64,000 nt of DNA from an uncultured Acidobacteriota bacterium (GTDB taxonomy: Bacteria; Acidobacteriota; Thermoanaerobaculia; UBA5066; Gp7-AA6). The notes under the pieces were generated by a model. It did not search any database, had not been told where the DNA came from, and saw nothing but the letters and a program-made list of their open reading frames with translations. Below, in pieces: positions 52,637 to 64,000 of this stretch; position 1 is the stretch's first letter; each line of letters opens with the position of its first letter. The stretch covers positions 11,372 through 75,371 of the forward strand of contig CAWALG010000016.1 in NCBI GenBank assembly GCA_963782815.1, given 5' to 3'. The translations under genes were made by a program, and so were the position numbers.

Positions 52637-53529
52637 ACCTTCTCCTTCTGGACCCGTCCGAGAATCCCCTGCGGCCGCAGGAGCAGCACGAGGATCAGGA
52701 TCCCGAACGCGATGGCGTCGCGGTAGGTCGACGAGAGGTAGCCGACGACCATCACCTCGGAGACGCCGATCAGGAGGCCGCCCAGGACGGCTCCCGGAAC
52801 GTTGCCGATCCCGCCCAGGACGGCCGCCACGAAGGCCTTCAACCCGTAGATGATCCCCATGAGCGGATCGATCTTCGGGATCTGCATCCCGATCAGGACG
52901 CCTCCGGCCGCGGCCAGGGCCGAGCCGAGCGCGAAGGTCACGGCAATGATCCCGTCGGTGGAGATCCCCATGAGCTTCGCCGCGTCGAGGTTGAAGGAGA
53001 CGGCGCGCATGGCCTTGCCGGTGCGCGTCTTCATGATGAAGAGGCGCAGCAGGATCATGAGCAGGAAGGAGACGCCGATGACGGTGATCTGCTCGCTCGT
53101 CAGCCGCACGTCCGCGACGAGAAAATCGAAATGGGGCGCGAGCGAAGGGAAGAACTTCGGGTCCGGGCCGAAGACGAGCTGGCCTCCGTTCTCCAGGAAG
53201 AGCGACACGCCGATGGCCGTGATGAGGAGCGTCAGCCGGGACGCCCGCCGCACCGGGCGGTAGGCGAGCCGCTCGATGACGAGCCCGAGGAGGGCGCACG
53301 CGGCCATGGCGCCGAGCATGACGACGAACGCCGAGACGAACGACGGCTGCCGGCCGGCCATTTTCCGCGAGAGGTAGTACCCGACGTACGCCCCGACCAT
53401 ATACACGTCGCCGTGGGCGAAGTTGATCAGGCGCAGCACGCCGTACACCATCGTGTATCCGAGCGCGATCAGGGCATAGATCGACCCGAGCGAGAGCCCG
53501 TTGACGACCTGCTGAAGGAAGGTGTTCAT
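52633..53529 (-). CDS. livH: Branched-chain amino acid ABC permease
   Basis: NGLSLGSIYALIALGYTMVYG, LKAFVAAVLGGIG. Confidence 0.94.
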   Translation of the reverse strand: MNTFLQQVVNGLSLGSIYALIALGYTMVYGVLRLINFAHGDVYMVGAYVGYYLSRKMAGRQPSFVSAFVVMLGAMAACALLGLVIERLAYRPVRRASRLTLLITAIGVSLFLENGGQLVFGPDPKFFPSLAPHFDFLVADVRLTSEQITVIGVSFLLMILLRLFIMKTRTGKAMRAVSFNLDAAKLMGISTDGIIAVTFALGSALAAAGGVLIGMQIPKIDPLMGIIYGLKAFVAAVLGGIGNVPGAVLGGLLIGVSEVMVVGYLSSTYRDAIAFGILILVLLLRPQGILGRVQKEKV

Positions 53530-53637
53530 TGAAGAGACTCGTGACTCGTGAACTCGGAGTTGTGAGCAGGGCCAACCGTGGCTCGATCAATTCGACTCTC
53601 GGATCGACCAGCGAGTCCCGGTCGCGTCCCGAGGGCG

Positions 53638-54780
53638 CTACGGGGTCACCGTCTCGACGTAGACGAACTTGCCGTTCTCGACCTTCAGGACGACGGCGGG
53701 CTTGATCGCGTTTCTCTCCTTGTTGATGGTGATCTTCCCGGTCACGCCCGAAAAGTCCTTCGTCGCGGCGAGCGCGTCCCGCACCTTCTCTCCCTCGGTC
53801 GAGCCCGCCCGCGACATGGCGTCCGCGAGGATCTTGGCCGCGTCGTAGCCCAGGGCGGCCAGCGCGTCGGGAACCTCCTTGAAGCGCGTCTTGTAGTCTC
53901 CGACGAACTTCTGCACGAGCGGAGAGGGATCGTCGACCGAGTAGTGGTTCGAGAGGTAGCAGCCGTTCAAGGCCGTTCCCCCGATCTCCCACAGCTTGGG
54001 AGAGTCCCAGCCGTCGCCGCCCAGGAGCGGGACGGTCGAAGGGATGCCGAGCTCCCGGGCCTGCCGGGCGATCGTGCCGACCTCCGTGTAATAGCCGGGG
54101 ACGTAGATGGCGTCGGGATTGATCGCCTTGATCTGGGTCAGCTGCGCCCGGAAGTCGGAGTCCCCCTGGCTGTACGACTGCTCGGAGACGATCTGGCCGC
54201 CGAGCTGCTTGAACTGCTCCCGGAAGAAGGTCTGGAGTCCCACGGAGTAGTCGCTGCGCACGTCCACCAGGATCGCGACCTTCTTCGCCTTCAGGGTATT
54301 CGCCGCGAATTTCGCCATGACCGAGCCCTGGAAGGGATCGATGAAGCAGACGCGGAAGATGTAGTCGCCCACCTGGGTCACGCGGGGGTTCGTCGAGGAG
54401 GGGGAGACCATCGGGATGTGGTTGGCCTGGCAGATCGGGGCCGCCGCGAGGGAGTGGGAGGAGGCGACCTGCCCGAGGATCGCGAGGACGTGGTTCTGAT
54501 TGATGAGCTTGGTCACGACCGTTCCGGCCTCTTCGGGCTTGGACTGGTCGTCTTCGACGAGGAGCTTGATCTTCTTGCCGAGGACGCCGCCGGCGCTGTT
54601 GATCTCGTCGAAGGCCATCGTCGAGCCGTTTTTCGTCGAGATCCCGAACGTCGCGATGCCGCCCGTCAGGGACCCGTACTCGCCGACGAGGATCTCGTCC
54701 GAGGTTCGACCCTTCCCGCAGCCCAGGGCGGACAGAACCAGGGCCATCGCCGCCGCCCAGACCAGTAAGCGCACTCGCAT
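53638..54780 (-). CDS. Branched-chain amino acid-binding lipoprotein (LivJ/K-like)
   Basis: GGAGG RBS, lipobox ALGC, SPSSTNP, FRVCFIDPFQG, LGGDGWD. Confidence 0.9.
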   Translation of the reverse strand: MRVRLLVWAAAMALVLSALGCGKGRTSDEILVGEYGSLTGGIATFGISTKNGSTMAFDEINSAGGVLGKKIKLLVEDDQSKPEEAGTVVTKLINQNHVLAILGQVASSHSLAAAPICQANHIPMVSPSSTNPRVTQVGDYIFRVCFIDPFQGSVMAKFAANTLKAKKVAILVDVRSDYSVGLQTFFREQFKQLGGQIVSEQSYSQGDSDFRAQLTQIKAINPDAIYVPGYYTEVGTIARQARELGIPSTVPLLGGDGWDSPKLWEIGGTALNGCYLSNHYSVDDPSPLVQKFVGDYKTRFKEVPDALAALGYDAAKILADAMSRAGSTEGEKVRDALAATKDFSGVTGKITINKERNAIKPAVVLKVENGKFVYVETVTP

Positions 54781-54913
54781 CGTAAAGCCTCCTCGCACCC
54801 TCTTCTCGAAAACGGGTATTCTCTCAGAGCCGGAAGCAAAGTCAAAACATCAATTCCTCCAATGATTTCGGATAGAATAGAGACTCCCGCGACTCTCCAG
54901 GGGGAGACGAGCG

Positions 54914-56287
54914 ATTAGCGAAACGATTTCAGCAATTCAGACCCCAGATTCCAGAATCGAGACACCTCCGGAGACACCGCCGCGCATCCGCCCGCGCAGC
55001 GAGCACCCGATCTCCCGGCGGCAGATCGACCCGGACGCCTTGAAGGTGCTCTACCGGATCTCGGGCGCCGGCTACAAGGCCTACCTGGTCGGAGGCAGCG
55101 TGCGCGACCTGCTCCTGGCGCGCAAGCCCAAGGACTTCGACATCGGGACGGACGCGCATCCGCAGGCGCTCAAGCGTCTCTTCCGCAACTGCCGTCTGAT
55201 CGGCCGTCGATTCCGGCTCGCCCACATCCTCTTCGCCGAAGGGAAGGTCATCGAGGTGGCGACGTTCCGGCGGCGGCCGGAGCCGCTCGATCCGAACGCC
55301 CCGGAGCTCCTGATGACCTCCGACAACGTGTTCGGCACGGCCCGCGAGGACGCTCTGCGGCGGGACTTCACGATCAACGGGCTCTTCTACAACATTGCCG
55401 ACTTTTCCGTCATCGACTACGTGGGCGGCCTCGAAGACCTCGAGGCGGGCCTCGTCCGGACGATCGGCGACGCGGAAGTCCGCTTCCGGGAGGACCCGGT
55501 CCGCATGATGCGCGCGGTGGAATTCGCGAGCCGCCTGGGATTCGCGATCACGCCGGACGCCTACGAAGCGATCGTGAATCACCGCAGGGAGATCGCGAAG
55601 TCCGCGCCCCCCCGGGTCACGGAGGAGCTGTCGCAGTCCCTGAAGGGGGGGCACGCGCTCACCACGTTCCTCCTGATGCGCGAAGTCGGGCTTCTGGACA
55701 TCCTCCTCCCCGAGCTGGCCGAGGTCCTCCGGGAGACCGACCCGGAGCATCCGCACGGCACCGGCCATCTCTTCTGGGGGCTGCTCGACGTGCTGGATGC
55801 GGAGCGCCGCCGCGGCCGGGTCTACGGGGAGGCGGTTCTCTTCGCCCTCTTCTTCCTGCCGATCGTGCGGGCCCGGGTCCGCGACGCCGCGCCCGACGGT
55901 GAGCCGTCGCCGGCCCTCCTTTCGACGCTCCTCGAAGACGTCGTTACGCCGATCGCGATCCGCATGGCGCTCTCGCACGCCGTCTCGCACCGCATCAAGC
56001 AGGCGCTGGCGATCGTCGGAAGGCTCTCGCACCGGCCCGACTCGCGTCTGGCGACCCCCCGCCTGGCGCTGCGGGAGGCATTCCCGACCGCTCTCGAGCT
56101 CTTCGAGCTGCGCGCGATGGCGACGGGACGGGGCGAGGAGCTCGTGCGCGAGTGGCGCGCTCTCGCGGCCCGGGTGGAGAAGACGCGCAAGGCCTATGCC
56201 GACGCCAGCGGGGAGCCCGCCCTGCCGGCCGCGCGGCGCCGGCGCGGCGCGGGAGGGCGGGGACGCCGGGGCCCGGGAGCCGTCTAA
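54914..56287 (+). CDS. pcnB: Poly(A) polymerase I, probable ATT start
   Basis: HPISRRQID, LVGGSVRDLL, DFDIGTDA, PAP-specific LIGRRFRLAHI, RRDFTIN, EDPVRMMRA, Arg-rich tail. Confidence 0.9.
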   Translation: MSETISAIQTPDSRIETPPETPPRIRPRSEHPISRRQIDPDALKVLYRISGAGYKAYLVGGSVRDLLLARKPKDFDIGTDAHPQALKRLFRNCRLIGRRFRLAHILFAEGKVIEVATFRRRPEPLDPNAPELLMTSDNVFGTAREDALRRDFTINGLFYNIADFSVIDYVGGLEDLEAGLVRTIGDAEVRFREDPVRMMRAVEFASRLGFAITPDAYEAIVNHRREIAKSAPPRVTEELSQSLKGGHALTTFLLMREVGLLDILLPELAEVLRETDPEHPHGTGHLFWGLLDVLDAERRRGRVYGEAVLFALFFLPIVRARVRDAAPDGEPSPALLSTLLEDVVTPIAIRMALSHAVSHRIKQALAIVGRLSHRPDSRLATPRLALREAFPTALELFELRAMATGRGEELVREWRALAARVEKTRKAYADASGEPALPAARRRRGAGGRGRRGPGAV

Positions 56288-56360
56288 GGTCTAAGGTCTA
56301 AGGTCTAAGGTCCCAGGCGGGGCCCCGGGACCTTAGACCTTAGACCTTAGACTTTAGACC
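56282..56360. repeat. Inverted pair of (GTCTAAG)x4 arrays with GTCCC/GGGAC core
   Basis: gtctaaggtctaaggtctaaggtctaaggtcccagg...gggaccttagaccttagaccttagactttagacc; first unit supplies the pcnB stop. Confidence 0.93.
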
Positions 56361-56427
56361 GCTCCAAGCGATTTCGCCCGGCGAACATTTCGTGCCAGAG
56401 ACTGCGTTTTGAGAGGGTGAGGCAACA

Positions 56428-57039
56428 TTGAACGGCACCGATGAAAAAGCCCTCGTCGAGCGGTGCCGCCGGGGGGAAGACGAGGCCTGGAGAGAGCTGG
56501 TGGACCGTTTCGGCCAGAAGATCTACTCGGTGGCCTATCACTTCACGCTGAAGCGCGAGGACGCCGAGGAGCTGGCCCAGGAGATCTTCCTGAAGATCTT
56601 CGAGAACCTCCACCGCTACGACGGGGGTTACCCGCTCGTGGCCTGGATCGTGTCGCTCTCGCGCAACCTCTGCATCGACCGGTACCGCCGCCACAAGCGG
56701 GAGAAGTCCTTCCGCTTCGTCTCCGACGACGCCGTCGCGCCTCTGCTCCGGTCGCAGGACGACCCGGCGAGCGAGGCCCTGAAGAAGGAGCGCGCGAAGC
56801 TCCTGTTTTCCGCGCTGGCGGAGATCCCGGAGGACCTCGCCGAGATCCTCGTCCTGCGCGACCTGGACGGGCTCGCCTACGAGGAGATCGGAAAGGCCCT
56901 GGAGCTTCCGGACGGCACCGTCAAGTCGCGCCTCTTCCGGGCCCGCACGGAGGTCGCCCGGAAGATCCGGGAACGCCACGAGAGCCGGCCCGGCGGGACC
57001 CTGGCGTCGCTCGCGCTCGCGGCGGGAGCATTCGTATGA
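56428..57039 (+). CDS. ECF sigma-70 factor
   Basis: DAEELAQEIF, RNLCIDRYR, YEEIG..LELPDGTVKSRLFRAR. Confidence 0.92.
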   Translation: MNGTDEKALVERCRRGEDEAWRELVDRFGQKIYSVAYHFTLKREDAEELAQEIFLKIFENLHRYDGGYPLVAWIVSLSRNLCIDRYRRHKREKSFRFVSDDAVAPLLRSQDDPASEALKKERAKLLFSALAEIPEDLAEILVLRDLDGLAYEEIGKALELPDGTVKSRLFRARTEVARKIRERHESRPGGTLASLALAAGAFV

Positions 57040-57835
57040 GCTGCGCGGAACGGGAGCGGCTCTTCTCTGGCGAACGCCTCCGCAGAAGCGGTCGGGACGC
57101 ACGTCGCCGCCTGCGCTTCCTGCGCGCGGCTCGCGGCGGAGCTCGATCGCGTCGAGGCCACGCTGTCGGACCTGCGCCCCGCGGCCGTCGACCCGGCGCT
57201 TCGCAAAGCGTTGCTCTCCATCCCGGCGCGGACCGTCTCCTGCGAGCGCGCGGACGAGCTCATTGCCGCGGCTCTCGAGGGTCCGTTGCTCGCCCGCGGA
57301 TCTCGCGCGCCTCGAGTTCCACCGCGCGCGCTGCGAAGGGTGCGCCGAAGCCTCGCAAACACTCGCCGGCCTTCGCGAGCTCGTCCGTCCCGAGCCGGCT
57401 CCGTGGCTGCCTGGCCGGATCGTCGCGAACCGGCCGCGCCGGAGGGAACGCCGCGGATGGCGGGCCTTCGCGAGCCCCAAGGTGCTCATCGCCCTGGCCT
57501 ATGCCGCGGCGGTCGTCGTGATGATCGCCGGCTTCAATCCGGCGGACCTGGCGCGCAAGGCGGGCGTGGGCCGGATCGAGGAAACCGCCAGGGCGTCGTT
57601 CCAGGTGGCCGGCAGTTCGCTGGCGGACCGCCTCGGGGCGGTCGAAGAGAACGCCCTGCGCACGCTCGCGCGGTGGAAGGGACACGTGACGGGCTACGGC
57701 CGCGCCGCGATCTCGACCGCCATGGCGCTCGTCATGAAATCAGAACCGCAGCCCCCACCGAACCGCCCGCGCAGCGGCGAGGGGAAGGGCGTCCTGCAGC
57801 AGAACGAAATCGAGACACCGACATGGCGCGCGTAA
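57036..57835 (+). CDS. Membrane anti-sigma factor with two zf-HC2 (ZAS) motifs, frameshifted
   Basis: ATGA overlap with sigma stop; HVAACASC and HRARCEGC; one TM segment (VLIALAYAAAVVVMIAGF). Confidence 0.78.
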
Positions 57836-57854
57836 GAGCCGCCTCAGAGGAGTA

Positions 57855-58469
57855 ATGAACATGGATCCCAACACACCGGCGACTTCGCCCGCTCCACCGT
57901 CACCGCCTCCGCCGCCGCCACCGGTCGCGCCCGCGCCGGGCGTCCCGGTGCCCCCTGTGACGCCGGTTTTCGTCGACCGGAAATCGCCCGGCCTGGCCGG
58001 CTTCCTCTCGATGTTCCCCGGACTGGGTCACCTCTACCTGGGCCTCTACCAGCGCGCGTTCGCCTTCGCCGGCGCCTTCGTCCTGCTCATCTTCTTCAAT
58101 TCGCACGGCCGCATCGCGGTCCTCTCGGGACCCGCGACCTTTTTCCTGTGGGTCTTCGCGATCATCGACGCCGTGCGGCAGGCCAAGGCCATCAACCACG
58201 GCTTCGTTTCCGAGAGCGGTTTCGCGGCGGCGCCCCAGTTGCGCCGGGCCTCGGAAGGAACCGGCTCGTTGACGTGGGGAGTGATCCTCGTCGGCCTCGG
58301 AGCTCTCTGGCTCGTCGACCGCTACGTGGACATCGACTGGTCCTTCATGGAGAACTGGGGAGGGCCGGCGGCGCTCATCCTGCTCGGACTCGTCCTCGTC
58401 GTCTCCCACGTGCGCCGCAAGCGCACCGAGCACGAAGCCGGCGTCGGAATGCCCCCCCGAAGCAACTGA
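57855..58469 (+). CDS. Membrane protein with Pro-rich N-terminus, TM2-like and LiaI/DUF5668-like segments
   Basis: KSPGLAGFLSMFPGLGHLYLG; WGVILVGLGALWL...PAALILLG. Confidence 0.75.
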   Translation: MNMDPNTPATSPAPPSPPPPPPPVAPAPGVPVPPVTPVFVDRKSPGLAGFLSMFPGLGHLYLGLYQRAFAFAGAFVLLIFFNSHGRIAVLSGPATFFLWVFAIIDAVRQAKAINHGFVSESGFAAAPQLRRASEGTGSLTWGVILVGLGALWLVDRYVDIDWSFMENWGGPAALILLGLVLVVSHVRRKRTEHEAGVGMPPRSN

Positions 58470-58526
58470 CCGGTGAGGTCACTCCGTCTGACCCTCCCCC
58501 GGCGGCGAGAGGCGGCCTCCCTTCCT

Positions 58527-60258
58527 TCAGCGCCGCTTGAAGTACTTCTCGAGGTCCTCTTCCGTCATCGAGAGCACCACGGGCCTCCCGTGCGGGCACG
58601 TGAAGCGGTCGGCGGCCTTGATCCAGTCGGAGAGCAGGTGCCGGATCTCCTCCGGCGCCAGGTGATAGCGGATCGTGACGGCGCTCCGGCAGGCGAGCCG
58701 GGCCGCCAGCCGGTCGCGCCTCTGCGCGGCGTCTCCGGCGCCGGGCTCCGCCAGGGCCTCCAGTGCCTCGTGCAGCGTGTCTCCGGGGTCGCGATTCGTG
58801 GTCTCCGCCGGCAGCGCCGAGATGGCGTAGGAGCGTCCCGACATCGGCTCGATCTCGAATCCGGCGGCGGAGAGGTCGTCGAAGGCCGAGGCCAGCGTCT
58901 CCGCTTCCTCCGGAGTGGCTTCGAAGAGCGCGCGCATCAGGAGCCTCTGGGAGAGAACGCGACCCGAAGCGATGCGGTCCCGCAGCCGCTCGTAGAGGAC
59001 CCGCTCGTGGGCCGCGTGTTGATCGATCACGAGGAGTCCCTCCGGGCCCGAAGCGAGAATGTAGGACTCGCGATGCTGCCCGATCGGCACGATCTCGGGA
59101 GGCCTCTTCTCGGCGGGAGCCGCGGGAGGCGTCGGAGGAACCGGGGGGGCCGGGACGGGCGCGCGGTGCGAGGCGGGCAGTGACCCTTCCTCGCCGTAGG
59201 AGCCCTGTGCCTCGGCGACGGAGGGAGGGGGTCCCGCGTTGGAGACCGGCCGCAGCCTTCGCTCCTCCTTCCCGCGAGATCAGGGCCGAAGAGAGCGCGT
59301 GGTACACGAGACGATAAGCCGTTCCCGCGTCGGTGAAACGAACCTGCGTCTTGGCCGGGGAGACATTGACATCCACGTCGCCCCCCCCGGCGACGAGGAA
59401 GAGGAACACCGCCGGATGGCGGTCGGTGCGGATGGCGTCGCGAGAGGCCTGGCCGACCGCGCGGGTCAGGGCGCGGTCTTCGACCGGTCGGCCATTGACG
59501 AAAAGGTACTGGAACCGGCGGCTTGCGAACGTGACGGAGCCGCGGGTCACGAACCCCGTCAGCCGCAGGGGTCCGGAGCGCGCCTCGAACTCCTCGAGGT
59601 CACCCAGTGTCTCGCGGCCGAAGACCTGGAGGATGCGCGCCGCGCGATCCACGGCGGAGGGCGCGTCGAGGGTCTCGCGGCCGTTGGACCGCAGGGAAAA
59701 CGCCACGGAGGGATTGGCCACGGCGGCGCGCGTGACGGCCGCGGCGGCGGCCCGCGCCTCCGCTTCCGGCTTTCCCAGGAACTTCCGCCGGGCCGGAGTG
59801 TGCGCGAAGAGTCCCTCGACGAGCACGTCGGTTCCGCGCGGCCGGCCGGCCGGCTCCTCGGCGGGCGCCGCCCCGTACTCGATCCGAAGCCGGATCGCCT
59901 CGGGGGAGGACCCGTCGCTCGACGTGAGCGTGAGCCTGGAGACGGAAGCGATCGAGGGGAGCGCCTCGCCGCGGAAACCGTAGCTGCGAATCTCCGAAAG
60001 GTCCTCGTCGGAGGAGATCTTGGACGTCGCGTGACGCTCGAGAGAAAGCCGCGCGTCCTCCGGCGACATCCCGCTGCCGTCGTCCCGGACGAGGATGCGC
60101 TCGATGCCTCCGTCCTCGAGATCCACCTCGATGCGGGTCGCCCCGGCGTCCAGGGCGTTCTCGATCAACTCCTTGACGACGGAGGCCGGACGCTCCACCA
60201 CCTCGCCCGCGGCGATCCGGTCGATCACGTCGCTCGAAAGCCGGTGGATCTTCGGCAT
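58527..60258 (-). CDS. mutL: DNA mismatch repair protein MutL (endonuclease-type), frameshifted
   Basis: IAAGEVVERPASVVKELIEN, GFRGEAL, DVNVSPAK, IDQHAAHER, ACR, CPHGRP. Confidence 0.96.
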
Positions 60259-60264
60259 TTGCGG

Positions 60265-60327
60265 TGGCTGGTCCTCGATCCCTGGTCCTTAGTCTAAGAC
60301 CAGGACGGAAAGGACTACGGACGACTC
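60265..60327. repeat. Degenerate inverted heptamer arrays (GGTCCTN-type)
   Basis: gctggtcctcgatccctggtccttagtctaagaccaggacggaaaggactacggacgac. Confidence 0.55.
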
Positions 60328-61974
60328 TCAAAGACGACTTTGCCGCCGACGACCGTCGCCGCGACCTGGATGTGTTCGATCTCCTCCGGCTCGACGGAGA
60401 GGGGGTCGGCCGAGAGAACCACGAAATCGGCGAGCTTGCCGGCGGCGAGTGTCCCCTTCTCCCCCTCCTCGAAGCCGGCGTAGGCGGCGGACGAAGTGTA
60501 CGCGGCGAGCGCCTCCTCGACGGTGATCTTCTGCTCGGGAAACCAGCCGCCGGGGTTCTTCCCGTCGATCGTGCGGCGCGTCACGGCGGCGCCGATCCCC
60601 TCGAGGGGCGAGAGGGGCGCCACGTCCCAGTCCGATCCGAACGCCAGGACGGCCTTCGCGTCGAGAAGGGACCGGAAGGCGTACGAGGTCCTGCAGCGCT
60701 CTCGGCCGATCCGCTTCTGCGCCCAGCGCCCGTCGTCGATCGCGTGGTACGGCTGCATGGAGGCGATCACGCCGAGACGGGCGAACCGCGGGATGTCGGA
60801 GGCCCGCAGATGCTGGGCGTGCTCGACGCGAAAGCGCCGGTCCTTCGGGCCGTTCGCTCGCCGCGACCCGCTCGAAGAGATCCAGGATCTCGGCGTTGGC
60901 CCGGTCGCCGATCGCGTGGATCTCGACCTGGAGGCCGGCCCGGTCGGCGGCGGCCACGCGCTCCTCCATCTTCGCGAGCGGGATCGCCTCGGCGGCCAGG
61001 ACGCCGCGGTTGCCCGGATCGTCGTCGTAGGGATCGAAGAAGAGGCCCGTCCCCGACCCGAGCGAGCCGTCGGCGAATCCCTTCACGCCCCCGACGCGCA
61101 GCCATTCGTCGTTCTTCATCGCGGCCCGGCGCGCGCGCGCCTTATCCCACTCCGTCAGTGAGGGTCGGTAATTGACGCGCACCGTCATTTCCCCGCGGTC
61201 CCGGAGTTCTTCCCAGGCCTCCAGGTCCCTCGGGTTTCCCGGAAGGTCCTGGACGGAGGTGACGCCGTTGCCCGCCGCGTGTTTCATCGCGGCACGCAGC
61301 GCCTCGGCCAGCTCCCGCGACGTGCGGGCCGGGCGCACGCGCCAGATCGCGTCCATCGCGGCGTCCTTCAGGACTCCGGTCGGCTCGCCCGAGGCGTCGC
61401 GCACGATGACGCCTCCCGGCGGATCCGGAGTGCCGCGCGCGATCTTCGCGAGCTTCAACGCGAGGCTGTTGCAAACGACCATGTGGCCGTCCTGCCGCGC
61501 GAGGCAGGTCGGCCGGTCGCCCGTCGCGGGATCGAGCAGGGCGCGCGTCGGGAGACGCGGGACGGCCCACTGCTGATGGTCCCAGGCCCCGTCGGTGATC
61601 CACTGGCCGGGGGGCCGGGTTTTCGCGAATCGGGCGAGCCGCTGCGTGAAGTCGGTTTCGTCTTTCGTGTGGCGGAGATCCACCGCAAGGAGGTTGAACC
61701 CTCCCATCGACATGTGGGTGTGCGCGTCGATGAGCCCCGGCAGGACCCGCCGACCCGCGCCTTCGATGACGCGGGTCGCGGGACCGGCGAGCGCCCGGAT
61801 CTCGCGGTTCTCTCCGACCGCCACGATCCGCCCGCCACGCGCGGCGAGCGCTTCCGCCTTCGGCGGCGCCTTCTCCCCCGTCCAGATCTTCGCCGACAGG
61901 AGGATCAGTTCCGCCGGAGCGGGGGGAGGGACGCGGAGCGGCCGCGGCAGCGATGAGCAGGAGAAGAACCGCCG

Positions 61975-61978
<4 letters not shown>
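60315..61978 (-). CDS. Secreted amidohydrolase (YtcJ-like, Amidohydro_3), frameshifted
   Basis: [46 protein letters not shown]. Confidence 0.9.

Positions 61979-64000
<2,022 letters not shown>

Noticed and set aside
56381-56398. Sigma54-like TGGCACG on the minus strand upstream of the ECF sigma gene
   Set aside because: GG-to-GC spacing is off by two and it points away from the sigma gene into the repeat.

Overview
GC-rich bacterial chromosome segment. Gene content and style suggest an Acidobacteriota-like organism (inference). Many single-base indels split conserved genes across frames, densest at about 32.5-37.7 kb; they look like long-read consensus errors rather than pseudogenes. From left to right the window holds: (i) a lower-GC, translationally coupled three-gene cassette (coiled-coil/HARE-type HTH, 248-aa wHTH-like unknown, large GHKL ATPase running off the left edge), a candidate uncharacterised defence or DNA-acting system; (ii) two tandem LIV-family ABC importers with an acyl-CoA synthetase and a YnfM-like MFS; (iii) fdhD plus a selenocysteine formate dehydrogenase operon (fdnGHI-fdhE), a degenerate hemerythrin, aroF and moaA; (iv) aceA with a divergent XRE/RamB-type regulator; (v) a thioredoxin-fold protein with a probable second, unannotated Sec codon, followed by an AAA+ ATPase, an aldolase, a vWA protein and a stand-alone secretin-N (STN) protein; (vi) RNase Z-like, queA, homocysteine methyltransferase, glnA, pckA, citrate synthase and a kinase-STAND protein; (vii) a third LIV operon, pcnB (probable AUU start), an ECF sigma/anti-sigma pair, mutL, an amidohydrolase and ppdK (truncated at the right edge). 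Gene junctions carry four dispersed repeat families, most notably oriented, stop-codon-bearing 7-bp tandem arrays of several different sequences. I saw no rRNA, tRNA, CRISPR array or transposase.
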